Source: the human T2T-CHM13v2.0 reference genome, Homo sapiens
NCBI RefSeq assembly: GCF_009914755.1
Contig: NC_060925.1
Length of the DNA: 64,000 bases
Direction: 5' to 3' (one strand)
The translations under genes were made by a program, and so were the position numbers. This document shows, piece by piece, positions 61,346 through 64,000 of the stretch. The notes beneath the pieces are model-generated. The model was given only the letters and a program-made list of their open reading frames with translations, was not told the origin of the DNA and did no database searches. Position 1 is the stretch's first letter, and each line of letters opens with the position of its first letter.

Positions 61346-61990
61346 TTTTCTTTTTTGTTTTTTAATTTAATTTTAAATTATTAAAATATCATGTAGCCTC
61401 GGCTTGCAAGGCAGGCCTTTAGTGATTGATGGCAAGCAGAATTGTTTCTATACTTGTGGAATGGTGGTAAGCTAGAGATACTGACAGCAATTGAACCAGT
61501 GGCTTGCCTTCAGGTGTTCACAAGTCACCAGAGATAGGCCTTTTTAGAATCATATATGAGCATGCCAGGGAAATCTCCCCAAGATAACTGACAGAACTTG
61601 GTTGTCTCCTGAACTCTTTGAATGAATGCATGATCAGGAACATCATCTATGGTTTTGTAGTTATCCTCCCATAAGAACAATGACTGAGTGAGTGAGTAGG
61701 AGCTGAAAACCAGCTCATGCTCCTCTAAATCATGTGCCCAAGAAGAAGGGAGTGTAGCCAGCATTTTTCTAATTGGCAAGACGGTATCAAATGGATCAAT
61801 AGTGGCCCTTTTTAAAGTTTTGCAGGTAATGAATGGTCTCACTCCAGAGAAGGGAGAAAAAGCAGGGAGGAAGAAGAATTCAGAAACATCTATCAGTGTT
61901 GTCCTCTTGCTAGAACCTGCACCTTTTACTGCTTTCAAAAACACGATTTTAGGCAAAGAAATTGTCTGTCACAAATTCTAAAAATACATT
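61346..61990 (-). pseudogene. Decayed retro-inserted coding sequence of unknown origin (candidate endogenous RNA-virus nucleoprotein-like element)
   Basis: Frame 61968->61381 (196 codons) has only two internal TGA stops, and its terminal TAA is followed by an A-rich tail (T-tract 61346-61363 on the + strand); no repeat family recognised. Confidence 0.5.
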
Positions 61991-62534
61991 CATCACAATT
62001 AGTCTTATTCCTGTGTATTTATTTACTTTTTCTTTGTGGAGAGGGTTTGATGTTATATGAGCGTGTTTGTGTTTACTCCTTTATATTACATTTAAATTAT
62101 GAAATGGTAAAATTTTTTTTTACTATTAGTTTATTTTATATCTTCTGAATTTCACAAAAAATAAGATTATATTATACCAACAAATGTTCATACATACAGT
62201 AGACATACCTAATTCTTTTTAATTATTATATAGTATTTCAGTATATTATAAAAATTTAATATCTTATTGGTATATATTTTGATTATTCCCAACGGTTTTT
62301 TTTTTCAACAATGTTGTACTGAGCCTTGTATAAATACATCTTTTAGCAAAAAGGGTCAACAACTATTTATTGAGTGTCTACCAGGGTTTGTGGAGTACCC
62401 AAGGATCCATAGACCAGAAAGTAAAGTATTTAGACAAGTTTCTAAAAAGGAAATGTATGGGTCAAACTGCATATTACTTGAAAGTTTCTAAAATATTGCC
62501 ACATTATTCACAAATTAGTATCTAAGTTACCAGC

Positions 62535-62900
62535 TAATATGGTTTGGCACTGTGTCCCCACCCAATATCATTTTGTAGCTCTCATAATTCCCATGTGTTG
62601 TGGGAGGGACCCCAGGGGAGATGATTGAATTATGGGGGTGGGTCTTTCCTATGCTGTTCTCCTGATAGTGAATAGGTCTCAGGAGATCTGACTGTTTGAA
62701 AAATGGGAGTTCCTCCATAATAAGCTCTCTTTTTGCCTGCTGCCATCCGTGTAAGATGTGACTTGCTCCTCTATGCCTTCTGCCATTATTGTGAGGCCTC
62801 CCCAGCCATGTGGAACCGTAAGTCCAATAAATCTTTTTCGTTTATAAATTGCCTATTCTCAGGTATGTCTTTATCAACAGCGTGAAAACGGACTAATACA
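62535..62900 (+). mobile_element. THE1A-like solo LTR
   Basis: taatatggtttggc...gtgaaaacggactaataca; TSD ccagc/ccaac. Confidence 0.92.
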
Positions 62901-63914
62901 CCAACAGTATAAAATATTGCTTGTTTCTTCACACCTTTCTCATAATGAATAGTATCCCTCTTTTTAATGTTACCAGTTTAAAAGGTAAAAATATGAAAAT
63001 AAATTATTGATTTAATTTATTTTTTTAGTGTGATTGAGCATCTCATATGCTAAACCATTATAAGTATATGTTTTTAAGTAAATTGCCTCTTTTCAACTGG
63101 AGCATTTGTATTTTCCTCATTGATTTATACAATTTCTTTATACATTAAAAATAGTAACTTTCTGTCATGTGAATTATACATTATGTTTTCCTAGTAGATA
63201 ACTTGGAATTCAATAGCAGAAGAGAGAATCAATACTAGATAAAGGAAGAAAAGCTGGGTGTGGGGTCCTATGTGGTTTATATAACCTGTGCCAGGGCTGA
63301 GGAACATAATGCAGTCTGATCTGTGAATGACTCCAAGAAGCATGCTACCAAACTCTGGACTGCCTTACATGCTCCTATTGTGTAATCTGAAACCCACTTG
63401 CTGGATTGGCAAGTAGCCACCCCACAGCTCAATCCAGAACCATACTGTCCCTGATACCACTCTGCATTAAACTGGGAGCTTGAGTTCTTCCTTCAGTTCA
63501 ATTGCAAAATGAAACCCAAATCACACCCATAGGACTAGTTGCAAGGGAGAAGCTAGGTAAATACACAGGTACTGGGTAGACAAAGACATGTGAAGCAGGT
63601 TGTAATTAATACTGTATTATTCATTTGTTTAAATTTATTTTTAGTGCCACAGCCACAAAGGAATTTTAAATATTTAAACCACTAATGTTTTCCTAGTTGA
63701 AAACATTTTGTCCTGTTTTCAGAAAATAATCACACATTCCAAAACAATAGAAATATTTACTTTAGTATTGCTTTAAAAAATTTTTAAATATTTGAAATAT
63801 GCTTGAATTTTTCTAGGTTTACAAAAACAGTATACAGACCATAATGGACTCTATGTACTATCCTGTTGTTTCATTAATTCACTAATATTCTTATGGACTT
63901 GGTATAAAAATATT

Positions 63915-64000
63915 AATTAGCTTTATTGAGGTATAATTCACATAGGATCTACTTGATTTCATGGACAATGAAATATTTTTAGTAAATTTACAGAGTTGTG
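63915..64000 (-). mobile_element. L1M 3' end (runs off the window)
   Basis: agctttattgaggtataattcacata...tttttagtaaatttacagagttgtg. Confidence 0.7.

Noticed and set aside
61843-61882. Minus-strand polypyrimidine tract followed by GAG as a splice acceptor for a real exon
   Set aside because: GAG is a weak acceptor, no convincing donor follows, and the reading frame is open straight through the tract; a retro-insertion explains it better.

Overview
AT-rich, CpG-poor primate (human-like) non-coding DNA, intronic or intergenic. It is dominated by interspersed repeats: L1 of several ages, about 11 Alus and 2 Alu monomers, MaLR/ERVL LTRs (THE1, MST, MLT1, MLT2, including one complete two-LTR THE1 element), MIR, L2 and MER5, plus microsatellites. 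I can support no host protein-coding exon; most listed ORFs are L1, THE1-internal or Alu-derived, and the rest look like chance ORFs. The most interesting signal is a ~640-bp segment (~61346-61990) that I cannot assign to any repeat family. On the minus strand it carries a decayed 196-codon reading frame with only two internal TGA stops, ending just before an A-rich tail. Its translation has a weak, by-eye resemblance to Mononegavirales (bornavirus/filovirus/pneumovirus) nucleoprotein C-lobe motifs, so it is a candidate endogenous non-retroviral RNA-virus element or orphan retrocopy. Other notable structures: a three-level nested L1 cluster with a near-perfect twin-priming inversion (48655-58500), a second twin-primed young L1 (40026-40502), a ~165-bp segment copied 1.2 kb away into an old LTR (59312 and 60503), and a near-complete PRDM9 hotspot motif in a THE1 LTR. 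Repeat subfamily calls come from remembered consensus diagnostics and are approximate.
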